From Vitrella brassicaformis CCMP3155 (taxonomy: Eukaryota > Protista > Chromerida), in contig CDMY01000509.1 in NCBI GenBank assembly GCA_001179505.1, positions 1-61,685 on the forward strand: a DNA stretch of 61,685 nucleotides, given 5' to 3'. Below are positions 23,995 through 37,238 of this stretch, in pieces. Position 1 is the first letter of the stretch; each line of letters starts with the position of its first letter. Under the pieces are notes generated by a model, which saw only the letters and a program-made list of their open reading frames with translations, searched no databases and was not told the origin of the DNA. Position numbers and translations under genes: made by a program.

Positions 23995-24619
23995 ATGTAT
24001 CCGCTCCGCGAAATCCCTGCTGCGGGCCAGGCCCTGGCTGGCGCGGAGAAGGACGATGGCAGCATTCGTGTGCAGGTACGCTTCCCATCCACACATATGC
24101 AGATATCTGCAGACATAAGCGCCGCCCTTTCTGTGTGTCAGCTGGGCCGCAGAATCACGCTGCTGCACCCGCCGACCCAGTGGCAGCCCGACCCCGAGGG
24201 CGCCAAAGCGCCAAACACCCTTCTCGAGCTGCAGTGGGCCTACGGCTACAACGGCTCCCTGCTCAAGTCGCTCCACTGGATCAACTCCCACGAGTATGTC
24301 TACGCCACGGCGGCACTGTGCGTGGTGCAGAATATCCCTCTCAACGTGCAGCGGTTTTTTTCTGGGCATGATGAGGATGTCACTTGTGTGACGTACAATG
24401 TGGCTAGGGGGCTGTGTGCGTCGGGGCAGAGAGACCCCAAGGGACCGGGGGGGCCTTATGTGTGCGTGTGGAGCCCGGGTGAGGATCTGATTGACGTGGC
24501 GATTGCGGAGCTGCATTTTCACCAGAGAGAGGTGACAGCCGTGTGCTTCTCTGCTGATGGCAAGTGAGCTGCGTCGGACTTGGAGCACTGAGAGAGAGTG
24601 CACCCCTCTATGCGATCGA

Positions 24620-24672
<53 letters not shown>

Positions 24673-26905
24673 TCGCTTCTCCCAAGGTATATATACTCCT
24701 TCGGCCGAGACGACCATCACCTCCTCGCCGTCTGGAGGACCCCCTCCCTCGCCGAGCGGCCCATCCCGAAATACGGCGGCCCCAGTCAGCCGTTGAAGCC
24801 CTTGCGCGTGACCACGCCCATCTACTCGGTCGGCACGGGCAAGGCCCCCACCTTTGGGGCGATGACGGCTTTTCGCGCTGGGGGTACCGCAATGGGCACC
24901 ATTGACACGGAGAAGAGGCCTGAGGGGGAGTTTGTGGGGTTTTCCAAGGTGAGAGCAGGCTCTTTGCTCACCTGCAATGGAAAGAAAACCGCTTTGTGTG
25001 TTCTTTGTGTGTGGGGGGGTGGGGGGTGGGGGGCGTGTGTATGCTTGGGTGGTCAGGAGTTTGTGCGGTTTTGGGTGCATCGCGCGGAGGGCCAGGGGCT
25101 GGGGGTGGGCCGGCACATACTCACCAACAACCTGGCTGTATACGGCAAGTGAGCAGATACATCGACCCCTCTCTCTGTGTGTGTCGCTGTGTCTGTCATC
25201 CATCCATCCATCCATTCATCAGGCACCCCACCCCCCGTCGTATGGTCGATGTGGCGTCCGTGTCCTTGTCCACCGAGCGCAAGAGCTGGCTCACAGCCGA
25301 GAACGGATACCTCTACAGCTTCATCGGCAACACCTGCAAACTCGCCGTCAACATCGCCAAAAGGACACACGGCAAGACGCCGCCACTCGGGTGAGTGAAA
25401 GCTTTTGGACCTCTTTCTCTGTCATCTATCTGTGTGTGTATGGTGTATGGTTGTGGGTGTGGGCATTCTTGTGTGTGTGCATTGGGTGTGCAGGGGTGTG
25501 TGTGAGCTGCCGTTGGGCGGCTTCCTGGCTGTAAGTAAGACAGAGACAGAGAGAGAGAGGGAATACTGGCATTGTCTCATTGCCTCCGTGTGTCTGTGCC
25601 TTTGGTAGGCTGACTTTGCGGGTGTGTTATACAGCCGCTCGTGTCTCGCCTCACCCTTGGCTGTGTTCACTCCTGACCAATGGGCGGGAGACGCCGCAAG
25701 GCAACAAACCTCCTCCCCCCCACCAGCCACCGACCACCACCCACACCCACATCTCTCTCTCTGTCTGTGTGTGTGCAGGTGGTTCCAGAAACCCCCGGTC
25801 CTCCGCATAGCGAGCCTGGCCTCCAACCACCGCTTCGACGCCCAGCTCACGCAGAAGATGAAGGCCGGGGAGAGGGAGAGGGAGAGGGAGAGCATCAGCC
25901 TTCTCGTCAGTCAGCCCCATCACACCCCACCCCACCCCTCTAGAATGGAAGTCTCTGCAAATAGGCATTTGTGTGTTGGGTGTAGGTAGCGGCCGGCACG
26001 ACGACGAATCACCTGTTTGTACTGTCGCTGACGCTGGAGAGGGATTACAGGGGGGAGCGGGTGGTTGTGCCGATGGCTTCTACCACTAGCACCATAAGAG
26101 AGGACGTCAAGCGGCTCGCTTCGGCGACTTGGAAGCCTGTAAGAGAACCCTACAAACACATAGGAGAAAAAAGCCATTTGTGGAGCTTTTCCTTTACGGA
26201 CTCTCTCTCTGTCTCTCTCTCTGTGTGTGTGTGTGTGTGTGTATCTGTGGTTCCACGTAGTCTCTGTTGTATGCCTTTCAAGCGGGCCACATGGGCGAGG
26301 TATGGGGGCTGGCGCACCACCCGTCGCTGCAGCTCGCCGTTACCGGCGGAGGCACCACCGTCCGGTTTGTCATCCAGCGACCAACACCTTCTGTCTCTGG
26401 GACGATTTGTCTCCCTCCTTCTATGTGTTTCTTGACACGCAATCGTCAGGTTTTGGGATGTAGCCAAGGGCCGGCCGCTGTTCGGCCAAGTGCTGCGTGT
26501 GGAGCATCCTGTTGGTACGCATCCACACACACACACACACAGACAGACAGAGAGAGAGAAAGGGATATATTGTGTGTGCAGGGAGCCTCTCGTTCGCGCC
26601 AAGTGGTCACTTTTTGGCTGCTGGTCTGGACGGGGGCATGCTGCGCGTGTGGGCCTTTCCGAAACTGGAGCCCGTTTATAACAACTTTGTCGATAGCAGG
26701 CAAGACACAGCCCCTTCGTGTGGGTATCTCGCTATGTGTGTGTGTCTCCTTGGCTCAGGTACAGGGAGCGCGTGTACTTCGTCCAGTGGTCCGACAAGGG
26801 CGACTACCTCGCGGCATGCTGCGGGGACCAGCGCATCTACCTCTTCACGGCGAAGGCAGACAGCTCCACCTACTTCAAGGCAAGCACCCCCCCCCCCCCT
26901 CCACA

Positions 26906-26939
<34 letters not shown>

Positions 26940-28550
26940 TGCGTGTGTGTTTGTGTGGATGGGTCAGCTTGCGCTGCACCGTGTGTTGGTCGGCAACAGC
27001 AGCAGCATCCTCTGCTGCATGTTCAGCAAGGACGGCAAGTACCTCATCAGCAACAGGCATGTACAGTACTTGACCCTCATTGGTCTTCGAGTCTCATGCC
27101 TCTCTGCGCTCCTGCAGCAAGGACGCCCAGATCCTGTGCTGGGCCACCCTCACCGGCCACCGCGAGACACGCATGGGCGCCCTACGCAACCTCACCTACC
27201 AGCTGCCTTGGTCACCTTATACACACACGCACACTCACAAACACACACAATGACTTTTCTCTTTGCTCCAGGGTCAACATCTTCGGGTGGCCGGTGATCG
27301 GTCTGTGGGGCGACCCCTTGTACGACTGCAGCGACATCGACAGCTGCTGCTCTGACCACAGCGGCAAGCTGATCGTCATGGGCGACGACTACGGCCGGAT
27401 CAAGCTCTTCAGGTCGGTGCCCTGCGCATTTGTTCGTTCGGATCATTGTGGCCGCGTGGGTGTTTGTGTTTGTGTTTGTGTTTGAAGGTTTCCCACCCCG
27501 TACCTCTCCCCCGATTGTCGTGTGTACGGTGAGCACTCCGCACCGCCCCCATCTCGCTCTCTCTCTGTGTGTGTGTGTGTGTAGGCGGCCATTCAGCGCA
27601 TGTGACTCGAGTGCTCTTCACGAAGGACAACAAGGTGTTCTCGACGGGGGGCAGGGACGCCACTCTCCTTCAGTGGCGGGTGGTGGAGCTGAAGCCGCCG
27701 CCACTGCCGCAGTAAGCACACACACATTGGTAGAGGGAGGGAGAGAGACCTGGTGCTCGTCTCGTCTGTGTGCCTGCCTGTGTGTGCAGGGCCTCCTGGG
27801 AGTCACCTGACCACCACCCACCACCAGCAGCAGGAGAGCAGGTCCCTCCCGCTTCAGCGCCCCGTGTCCCATCATCAGGCACGCGCCACGTGCTGCAAGA
27901 CGCCCTGCACCCACACCGACAGCCACAGCCACAGCCATACACACAGACAGAGCCGCCGCCACAAAGGCAGCAGCAGATGGAGAGAGAGGAGAAGGCGGAG
28001 GGGAAGGGTTTGTCGTTTGTGCATCCGCCTTATGCCACGGCGCCAGCACCAGGGGTGGGCATGGCGAGTCTGAGCCCTGCTGGGCCGCTGGAAGGGCCAT
28101 CAGGTGTGTGTGTGGGGGGGGAGAGGGGGAGAGGGGGAGGGAGGGAGGGAGATGCACGTGTCTCATGTGTCTCGCTGTCAGGTCCTGTTGTGGCCACGGC
28201 TAGAGGGCGTGCGAAGCTGCAGCAGTACTTCAAAGGTGTGTGTAAGGTGGGCGGGGTGGTGATGATGTGTTTCCTTACAGATCTATGACATGTTGCAGAT
28301 CACTGCGCCGACTGCGGGAAGGTGAAGGTGGCGTTGCAGCAGAGCGAGACACGTGAGACAAGGCCCGGATGGTGAGAATGCGCCGCGTACGCCCATTTGT
28401 GTGTATCGCGCTTCTCTCTGTCTCTCTCTCTCTCTCTCCCTCTCTCTGTGTGTGTGTGTGTGCAGGTACTATAGGAATGCGTCTACAGGCGTAGGCCCGG
28501 CGATGAGCGGATTTAAGGCCTCCTGGCAGCAGTTCGCACGCGACACATGA
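23995..28550 (+). CDS. EML: Echinoderm microtubule-associated protein-like (HELP + WD40 TAPE domain) protein
   Basis: HELP motif PNTLLELQWAYGYNG..EYVYATAALCVV..QRFFSGHDEDVTC..ASGQ. WD repeats GHMGEVWGLAHHP, LVGNSSSILCCMFSKDGKYL, GDDYGRIKLF, GHSAHVTRVLF..STGGRDATLLQW. Low-complexity tail ends ..QQFARDT* at 28550. Confidence 0.88.
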
Positions 28551-28623
28551 CATGACGACTTGATTGGAATTGATGGATCCATGTGACAGATATGGTTTGA
28601 CACTTGATAATTCCCACGATCAG

Positions 28624-30344
28624 TCACCCAAAGCACTCCTGCGCAAACCCCTCCCCCAAGCACATGACCAGCACGGAGCGCGATAGCCCCCCCAGCCCCT
28701 CAGGCAATCTCTCGTCCGCCCCTTCTCCCTGTCCCCTCTCCCCTGGCCTCCCCAGCCCCACAGCACGTTTGCTGATATCAATGGTAGGGGCTGGTGCTGG
28801 TGCTGGTGCTAGTGGTGGCTGTGGTGGTGGTTCGTCGTCTGATATGGTGCTGGTGCGTGTTGGCGCGTTCTCTTGCTGCTGTTGTTGTTGTTGTGGGTGT
28901 GGTTGTGTGCATGGGACGATCTTGTTGTTGCTATCGATGGTGATGATGGGGATGGGCGTGGAGCGGGGGTAGGGGGTCGGCTGCAGTGCATTCACACACA
29001 CATCGACGGTTGCGTCTCTCTCTCTGTGCCTCTTTCTGTGTGTGGCTCGTACCTGGTATGGTCTGATGTCACTGATGCCGTGGGCGAAGGCTGCATTAAG
29101 AGAGAGAGCGAGAGAGAAGAAATGTCTCTCACACACAAACACAATGCCGGCCGTTGTGTGCTCACTGTTCACTGCTCACCGCATTCGTCGCCATAAGTGC
29201 AGGAACCCTGCACACACACAAACAGACACAAAACGAACAGCACAGACATACCCCCACACCCTCCTCCCCTCCCTCCCCAGCACACCCATCTCTCAAAGTG
29301 GTGGCACAGCTTGGTCTTATAAGCGGGGTGCACCGTCCGCTGCTGCTGGCCCGCCAAGCCAGCACACGCCAGATCCTCCCCCATAGAGTCGTACTCCTGG
29401 CCGAGGAACCGCGGCCGCGGCGCCCATGGGAACAGAGAGGGCGGCAGCATCGTCCGCATGGCGGGGGACGAATCGACCTGTGGGGATACACACACATACA
29501 ACACGTCCCCCTCTCTCTTTCTGTCTGTGTGTGTGTGGTTCTCCCTTCCTACACACCAGGAGTTGTGTGGTGAGCGGGCACTTCTGCATTGTGGCGAGCA
29601 GCTCGTCGACAAAGATAGCCACGGAGGGCGGAAGGACGGCCGACGTGGGAGTGGTGGTGGTGGTGGAGACAGGCTGGGGCGGGGGCAGGGGGCGGCCCTC
29701 CGTCACGCGACACAGGGAGGCGATCTGATCACATCGCACACACGGAGAGAGCACAGACACACCGACACACCAGATGGAGAAACACCGAAAGACACAGCAA
29801 AGGAGAGTATGAGAAGAGACCTGCTCCCTCTCCCTCCCTGCCGCTCCCACCTTGCTGCCCATCCGCCGCCAAGTCAGTCTCGGCGCCTTATACGTCAGCC
29901 ACTCCATCGCCCGCAGCACATCCGCCGTGTTGTCGGCCGTCAGCGCGTCCGCCACCCCGGCCGCCTTCTCCAGCACCAGACGCAGCGCCTGAGGGCGGAC
30001 GGTTGCCGGGGCGTCTGAGAGGTCCACCTCTTTGGTGTCGCTTTCCATCATCTGCCGAGGCAGGCGCATGCAGACACACACACGCAGAAAGACTGAGAAT
30101 CCTTATGAAGAGAGAGAGAGAGAGAGATTGTCTTGTACTATGTCTGGGGACCGCATACGTTTGCAGTGTGTAGAAAGCTGCGCAGGCTGTGGCTGGGCAT
30201 CTGCAGTGGCGGGCAGCCCTTGACCTTCACCTTGACCACCGTCACAACTTGCTGTGGTTGAGCAGCAGCGGTCTGCAGAGGCGCGGTGACCGTCGCCGGC
30301 CCGGGCGGCTCTTTCTGTTTCTGCGGCTCACCACCACCAGTCAT
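28624..30344 (-). CDS. BTB/POZ-like domain plus CCCH zinc-finger protein
   Basis: QMMESDTKEVDLSDAP..ALRLVLE..LTADNTADVLRAMEWL (BTB-like). The spliced YKTKLCHHFERWGSCTYGDECAFAHGISDIR is C-x8-C-x5-C-x3-H with the YKT lead-in of TTP-type fingers. Last exon ends at 28624. Confidence 0.8.
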
Positions 30345-30740
30345 CTTTAGAGCACGGGCTACACTACACACGGAGAACCGGCTCAACATCTCACACACGG
30401 CGCCAAAAAGGAAAAGGACAGCAATCCGGCGATCTGCGAGCTGAGAAAATCTGCCAGTGGAGTCTTGACAACTCAGTTCCCTGATGCATCAAGGGGGAAG
30501 GTCTTGTTGAGGTAAGAAGGCACGAAAGATGTCCGTCCATCTCGACAAACACGATGTGCATCTGATTCATCTGGAAGCAGGATGTGACGCTCTCACCACA
30601 GCTGACAAACACCATGTGAAGCGCCCGTAAGCATACAGGCGCACGGATGCACCAACACGTGTCGGCTGGCATCTTTTGTGTGTGTGATGTGTGGATGTGT
30701 CTGCAGCCAGTCTGCAGCCAGCCGAGGCAAGATACACACG

Positions 30741-32645
30741 ATGTGGTGGTTGCTCTACTATGTGATCGGTATCCTGCCGCTGGTCGCCTCATCCCAGCCA
30801 CAACCGCAACCACAGACAGAGGCCATCCCCGTCTCCCTCCCTGACGCCTTCCCAAGCCCAGCCATCGACTGCCACACCCATCAGCATCACCGTGACCACA
30901 CCCACACCCACACACGCTCCCCCGGGCTCGTCAGCTGCGTGTTCCCCCTCGGGCCTATCGGCGCGGCACAGTGCGCGAGGGCCATCGTCGGCACCGCTGT
31001 GGGAGACGTGTTGGGCGGGTCGGTGCCTGGCTTTGTTGACGTTGCCAGAGGGCTGTGTGGGTGTTTTCCGGCTGAGGCTCGTGCAGAGAGGGGGAGGGTG
31101 TGCGAGTCGGCGTATTGCTGTATGAGCAGTGAGTGAGTGGGGTTGGTGGGAGGGTGGGTGTTGGCATCGTGTGTTGTGTTGATGGGTCTCTCTCTCTGTG
31201 TGTATGTGTGCAGCCTTGATCTGTGGGAGCGGATTCCTTGTCGAAAGTGAGTGGGGAGACCAACGCACTCGTTAAACCATCCATCCATCGGTATCCTTCT
31301 CTCTCTCTGTGTGTGTGTCCGTCAGGGTGCGCCCATCTCGCCAATGCCCTTCCTGGCATCACCGCGCCCCGGCCTTCAGCTCTGCCCCCGTCCACTCAGT
31401 CAGCCGACCTCTTTCTCACCGACCTGACCGGTAGCGTGCCGGCCACCATCCCTGCAGACATCGTCGAGAGGGAGGGGCTGACCTACTATGTGCTCATCCG
31501 GCTGTTGATGAATTTCTATGCCTCGCCGTGCAGTGGTGGTGGGGTGGGTGCATTGCCGGAGCCGCCCATTCCTGGCTGGAGGACGGTGCACTTCATCAGA
31601 CTCATTGAGACGCGTAGGCGGGCGAATGGGATGGGCCAAGTGGGGATGTCTGAGTGTGGAGATGTGTGTGGGTGGATTGCTGCAGCCGAGTGGGACGATA
31701 GCGGTTTGCGAGAGACGCCTTTCGTCCAGGTGGTGGCCAAAGAGGACGGCAGCGAGCTGCTGCTATTGGTGCGGGGCACGGTGACACTGACGGAGGCAAG
31801 GCTGGAGACCTACAGGCGCCAAGTGGCATTCCTGGACATCATCCATGGCGCCACCTCTCATCGCCAAGCAGACGAATGCGGTCTATGGGGCGGTTGCAAA
31901 GCCGTCCCACTCATCCGGGAGGGCTATGGGGCGATTCTGCGAGCGGTGTTCCCCTCTATAAGGCGGATCGTGGATTCTTACGCCTCGACCGCCGAGCGCG
32001 TTATCGTGGCTGGCTTCTCGCTCGGTGTGTAAGCGAACCAAACAGACAAACCGCACCCTCGTTGGCCGTCCATCTCTTTCTGTGTGTGTAGGTGCCTCTG
32101 TGGCCAGCTACATCGCTCTCGGCCTCGCAATGGCCACCTCACCATCACACGAGAGACACACCGCAGACAACAGCCACAGAATTGACCTGGTGGCCGTCTC
32201 CCCTGTCCGCGCATTCAACCAGCCATTTGCCGACCTGATGACCGAGAAAGTCAACCCCCGAACTTTGGTGTACGAGGCCGATCCGATCCCACAGTGGGCC
32301 TGCAAGACGGCCGTGGGCTGCAGAGCGAACCAACCGCCGCCTCAAACCGATACCATGGGAACGGTCGAGTACGTCGATTTTCCTGGACGGGTGGAGATCA
32401 GGAGAGGCGACTTAGGCGAGCCGAACGAGATGGGCGGCTCGCTGCATGCGTGGCCGGCACATATGTGTGCTTACATATGCTGGGCGGTGCGGCGGTTTGC
32501 GGCGGATGATGGTGTGGACTGGTGTCTGCTCAGGGGAAGGGGGCACACAGGGGGTGGAATGCGTGTGGGTGTGGACGAGAGTGAGGGTGAGGGTGAGGGA
32601 AGCATTTGTCCGTATAGTGTCGAGAGGCTGCCTCTGCTGGTGTAG
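30741..32645 (+). CDS. Secreted class-3 lipase-like alpha/beta hydrolase, paralog 1
   Basis: Signal peptide MWWLLYYVIGILPLVASS. Cys-rich N-domain, LLVRGT, nucleophile elbow GFSLG|ASVA (Ser 32018-32020), YEADPIP, PAHMCAYICW. Confidence 0.75.
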
Positions 32646-33262
32646 GTGGCAGCGGCATTTAGGCGTGTCTGCAAGGTGACTTAGTTGACGGTCAGACTGT
32701 GCTGTGTCTTTTTCTGTTGAGGCCTGACAAGACAGACAGATGTACTGATAGGAAGCTTAAGATTCACTCGGCCATTCCACACCTACCTCTCCGTTCATCG
32801 CCAGCAAAGCTACATACGTCACACCACATTTACCACACTACCCGAAGGAGGTACCGTCACATTATGCACATTGGCATCACTATAAAGAGAAAGACTCACT
32901 ACACACACACACACATCAGATCGAGAACAGAGCTCGGTGAACGAGCCACGTCCATGTGCACGCACAAACACACACTCACGCCATGTACATATACTAAGTG
33001 AGAGAAGTGCGCAGTAGCCTGCACATCCCATAGACCCACATCTCCGTAGCAAAATAATTAGCGGAGGAAAGTAAGTCATGAGGTCTGGCTGTCACTAATG
33101 CCTCACTCACCCTTCGCCTCAATCACCCCACCCACAAGGAACACGCACGCATGTTATCCAAAGCCAAGACGTGGCCACCGGCGGAGCGGGAACACTACTT
33201 ACTCCACAGCACCAAAGTCACATTATTAACACACAGATTCTGGTCTGGTGACCCAAGACCAG

Positions 33263-35095
33263 TCACCAGTAGCAGCAAACTGACGGACCGCCAAGAGGGT
33301 CGGCAGCACAGCGTCCTTTGAAATTGCCAGGCCCCGAGCACAGAGTGTCTTTGTCAAGCCGCTCCTCAAAGCCCCCCCCAATGTACTCGACGTCGCAACA
33401 CTGGAGACACACACATACACTCGAAGAATACTCACTCATGGCTAGTGTCGTCCGTGTGTAAGGCCTCTCACCATGTTGTCGCGCGGGCACTCCGGAGTCT
33501 CGAATGTCACGGTGTCGCTACACTCTGCGATGGTCATTCTGTATGCCCACTCCTGTAGCAGACACACCAGAGCATCACAACACAACCATGCTGGAGACTT
33601 TTTCTTTCCCTACCTCGTACTCCCCGGTAACCACAATTAGGTCCTCCCTGCAGCAATAACCAAGCCAGCACTGACCCCGTTGAAGCACCGTTTCAGAGCC
33701 ACGATATTTGAAGGAGCACCACTACAAGCAAAATTCACATTTGCCCACACGAACACACACACAAACACGGCTACTCCGCGTGTCCCCTGCGAGAATAAGG
33801 GCTCTTTTGCCCACCCCAGGGTTGTCCGGCGTCAGCAAGTTGCCATCATCATCCTGCGGGAAGACCGACAGAGAGACAGAGAGACGGAGTGACATCCCGT
33901 CATGGCGACACAAATCAGCAGCACAACACGCACAGCACATGTCAGTGGCTCACGCATCCCCTACCGCAGGAGGGGCAGTGGTGGGCGGTGGCGGTGAAGG
34001 AGGATCTGGACGAGGAGGGGTGGCTGGGCGAGGCGGAGTGGTTGTACGAGGCGGGGAAGGAGTGGTGGGCGTCGGTGAAGGCGGAGGAGGAGTGGTTGTG
34101 CGAGGCGGACAACAGACATCACCACGGCACTGTCCCGGCAAAAGCACTACGGCCGAGTCGCCCCGGTCGAAGTAGCACACCTGCACACACACACTCGTGT
34201 ACACACACAGCCGTGCCGCGTGCGATGCACGTGCGTGTGCGCAACGTCAGCTGGCCCACCCCATTGTTGTCGATCAGCTTAGGAGTCGGATCGACCTCGC
34301 CACCTTCCTGCACACACAGGGAGAGAGAGAGAGGCGTGGCACCACTCCAAGAATGCCAGTGGCTCATTCATTCCTACCTCCGTATCGTCAGCCAGCCAAC
34401 AGCGGCCACCACACAGCTGTGTGTGCACCCAGCTCATTGTGATGTCCCCTCCTCCCATCCCTGCCGCAGACTTCAACAGCCACTTTCCCCTGTCGACCGC
34501 AACAGCGCTGCAGTTAGGGTGGGATTCGCAGCGTTCCGCGAGATACGCGGCTGTCGTGACGACGGCCAACTCGCGTCGCTCGCCATTCACTTCGCCACTC
34601 AAGGACAAGTTGAAGTCGGGGTTGTCGGCCACAAGCACGGTGCCATTCACCTCCACCGCAATGACGGGCACGCCCGGTGCCACCGGCACAACAGACATCG
34701 TCGTGTTGAAAGTCTCCAGCAACGCACTTTCCTGCTCATCACTTATGCCTGATTGAAACCCCACAGAGAGGCAGCTCAGCTTGACAGCTGCCCATTACCG
34801 AATGTCAACAGGTCTCCTCACCAGTGCTCTGCTCGGGAGCCGCACGAATCCGCTTCGCGCGCGAGCCGCTTCCCCAGTCCGCCCGCAGAGAAACCACCAA
34901 CACAGCGCTCACGACACCGGCCAGCGCGAGGATGCCGACAACGACCACAAGATCTCTCTTGTGCTCCTGCGCCCACAGAAGGAGCTTATTCCCTTCGCTC
35001 GGCAGCTTCGCCAGGAACAGCTTGAGCGACGCGAATGTCCTCCGGACGAAAGACACCATGCGGGCGAGTAGTGAGGGGAGCGACTGCTGCTCCAT
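33263..35095 (-). CDS. Type-II membrane/secreted protein with Pro/Thr stalk and repeated Cys modules
   Basis: Hydrophobic anchor LVVVVGILALAGVVSAVLVVSL. Exons ISDEQESALLE.., VCYFDRGDSAVVLLPGQCRGDVCCPPRTTTPPPPSP.., WCSFKYRGSETVLQRGQCWLGYCC, and CCDVEYIGG..KGRCAADPLGGPSVCCYW*. Confidence 0.7.
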
Positions 35096-35416
35096 GGTGC
35101 TGTCGGCAAGCCGGCGGGAACGATGACGGAGAGAAGAAGCGGAGAGAGGGATCTTGAAGATGGACCGATGCCAAAAGGAGAGGGGAGGGAAGAAAAGGGG
35201 CGCCAGACGCAAGAAGCGAAATAGCCGAAGATCCCGCACGGAAGAAGCGGTCAGGGAGGATGAACGTAGCTTGGCACCTGGAGATCTTGAGGAGGGAACT
35301 GTAGGGTGAGAGAAGACTGCACCAGACGCGGAGGTCGCCAATCACGGAGTCCAAGCTCGCACCATTTTCCGTTAACCGTTTGAACACCCCTACATACACT
35401 CTCCATATCAAGGCAG

Positions 35417-37238
35417 ATGCGACCTCTCCCCATCCTTCCCGCGGCATGGTCATACCTGCTGGCGTTCCCTTTCCTCACGCCAGCCTCATCGCAAATTGAA
35501 CCATCCCAAATCCAGTCGCTCCCCCTCCCACTGCCTGGTGCCTTCCCCACCCCTGCCCTCGACTGCGATGCCACACCACAGGGCGTGTTCGGCTGTCTGC
35601 TGCCTCTCGGACCGATCGGGGCGACACAGTGTGCCAAGAGCGTCATTCGGGAAGGGGGAATGGGCTTTCTGGATGGTGTGGATGGTGTAGCTGGGCTTGA
35701 GGATGTATTGCCGCTGGTTGGAGTGGGGCGGGCGCTGTGCGATTGCTTTGCGGACCAGGGCACCGGTGTGTTGGGGCAGCCGGAGAAGGTGTGCGAGTCT
35801 AGGCTGTGCTACCTGACCAGTGAGTTGAACGGACAAGCTGTCGCACTGTTGGGCACACGCCTTCATGAGTGTGTATGTATGTGTCTGTCTTGTTGTTTTG
35901 CAGTCTTCATATGTCTGATCATCGGGGAAAGTAGGCAGATGCCGCCATGATGTGCAAAGCGTCCACGCACACACACACACACACACATATACCTTTGTGT
36001 GTCCATGTGCCGACTGTGTGTCTGTCAGCCTGTGCCGAGTTCCCCGTCCTTCCCGGTGTGTTCGCACCGAGTCCTCCCGTGCTGCCCCCGTCCACTCAGT
36101 CAGCCGACCTCTTTCTCGCCGACCTGACCGGCAGCGTGGCCCCCACCATCCCTGCAGACATCGTCGAAAGAGAGGGGCTCACCTACTATGTGCTCATCCG
36201 GCTGCTATACAACCTCGGTTATGGGCCGTGCTTTGGCGTGGCTGCTCTGGCTGAGCCGCCCATTCCTGGCTGGAGCACTGTCAACGTTCTCAACCTCATC
36301 GAGACGCGTAAGTACATGGGGAATGGGTGGCAAAGTGGTGTTTGGCTGATTTTGTGTGGATGGATGGATGGCTGCAGCCGAACAAGAAGACGGTGGACTG
36401 CGTGAGGTGCCATTCATCCAGGTGGTGGAGAGGGACGATGGCAGCGAGCTGCTGATCCTGGTGCGGGCGACTGGGACGTTCACAGAGGCACGACTGCTGA
36501 CTTATGAGGACCAGGTGGCGTTTGACGACATCATCGGAGAGACAGCAGGCACTTCTGCGTCCGAGCCAATGATTCGGGAAGGTTTGGGGGAGATTTTACG
36601 AGCTGTGTACCCGTCGCTAAGGCGGATTGTGGATGAATCGACGGCCGAGAGGGTTATCGTCGCAGGATACTCGCTTGGTAACAATGCGTCACACACACTG
36701 GTCATCCGTGTGTGTGTGTGTGTATCTCTTCATTGATTCTCTGTGTGCAGGTGCCTCTGTGGCCAGCTACATCGCTCTCGGCCTGGCAACGACCTTCCCA
36801 GACGACCGAGTCGACTTGGTGGCCTTCGCACCGCCACGAGCCTTCGACCAGGCCTTTGCCGACCTCATGGTTGAGACACTCAACCTGCGCAACCCTCTCT
36901 ATGAGTTCGACTTCATCGCCAGGAGTGCCTGCAACACGGCGGTCGGTTGCAGTGCGGCCGATGCTTCTAAAACGGAGCTGCAACTTGTCGAGTACGTCGA
37001 TTTTCCCGCCGGCCGGATTGACATCAGTGAGGAGGATTTGGGCGAGCCCAATGGCATCAGTCCGCTGTCAGTGTGGGCACCGCATACATGCTCTTACCTG
37101 TGCTGGACAGTCCGAAATTTCCAGCCGGATGACCCCGTGGACTGGTGCGAGGCGGCGCCAAGTGATGGACAGGGAGATGGGGCCATAAGTTTGGGCAGCA
37201 TCTGCCCGTATAGCTTACAAAGGCTGCCGCTGCTGTAG
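35417..37238 (+). CDS. Secreted class-3 lipase-like alpha/beta hydrolase, paralog 2
   Basis: Signal peptide. Shares LPPSTQSADLFL.DLTGSV..TIPADIVEREGLTYYVLIRLL with paralog 1. GYSLG|ASVA (Ser 36671-36673) with the intron in the same codon. YEFDFIA, APHTCSYLCW. Confidence 0.75.

Noticed and set aside
27713-27715. TAA as the EML stop codon
   Set aside because: It overlaps a GTAAGC donor, and splicing continues in frame through four more exons to 28550. An alternative short isoform is not excluded.
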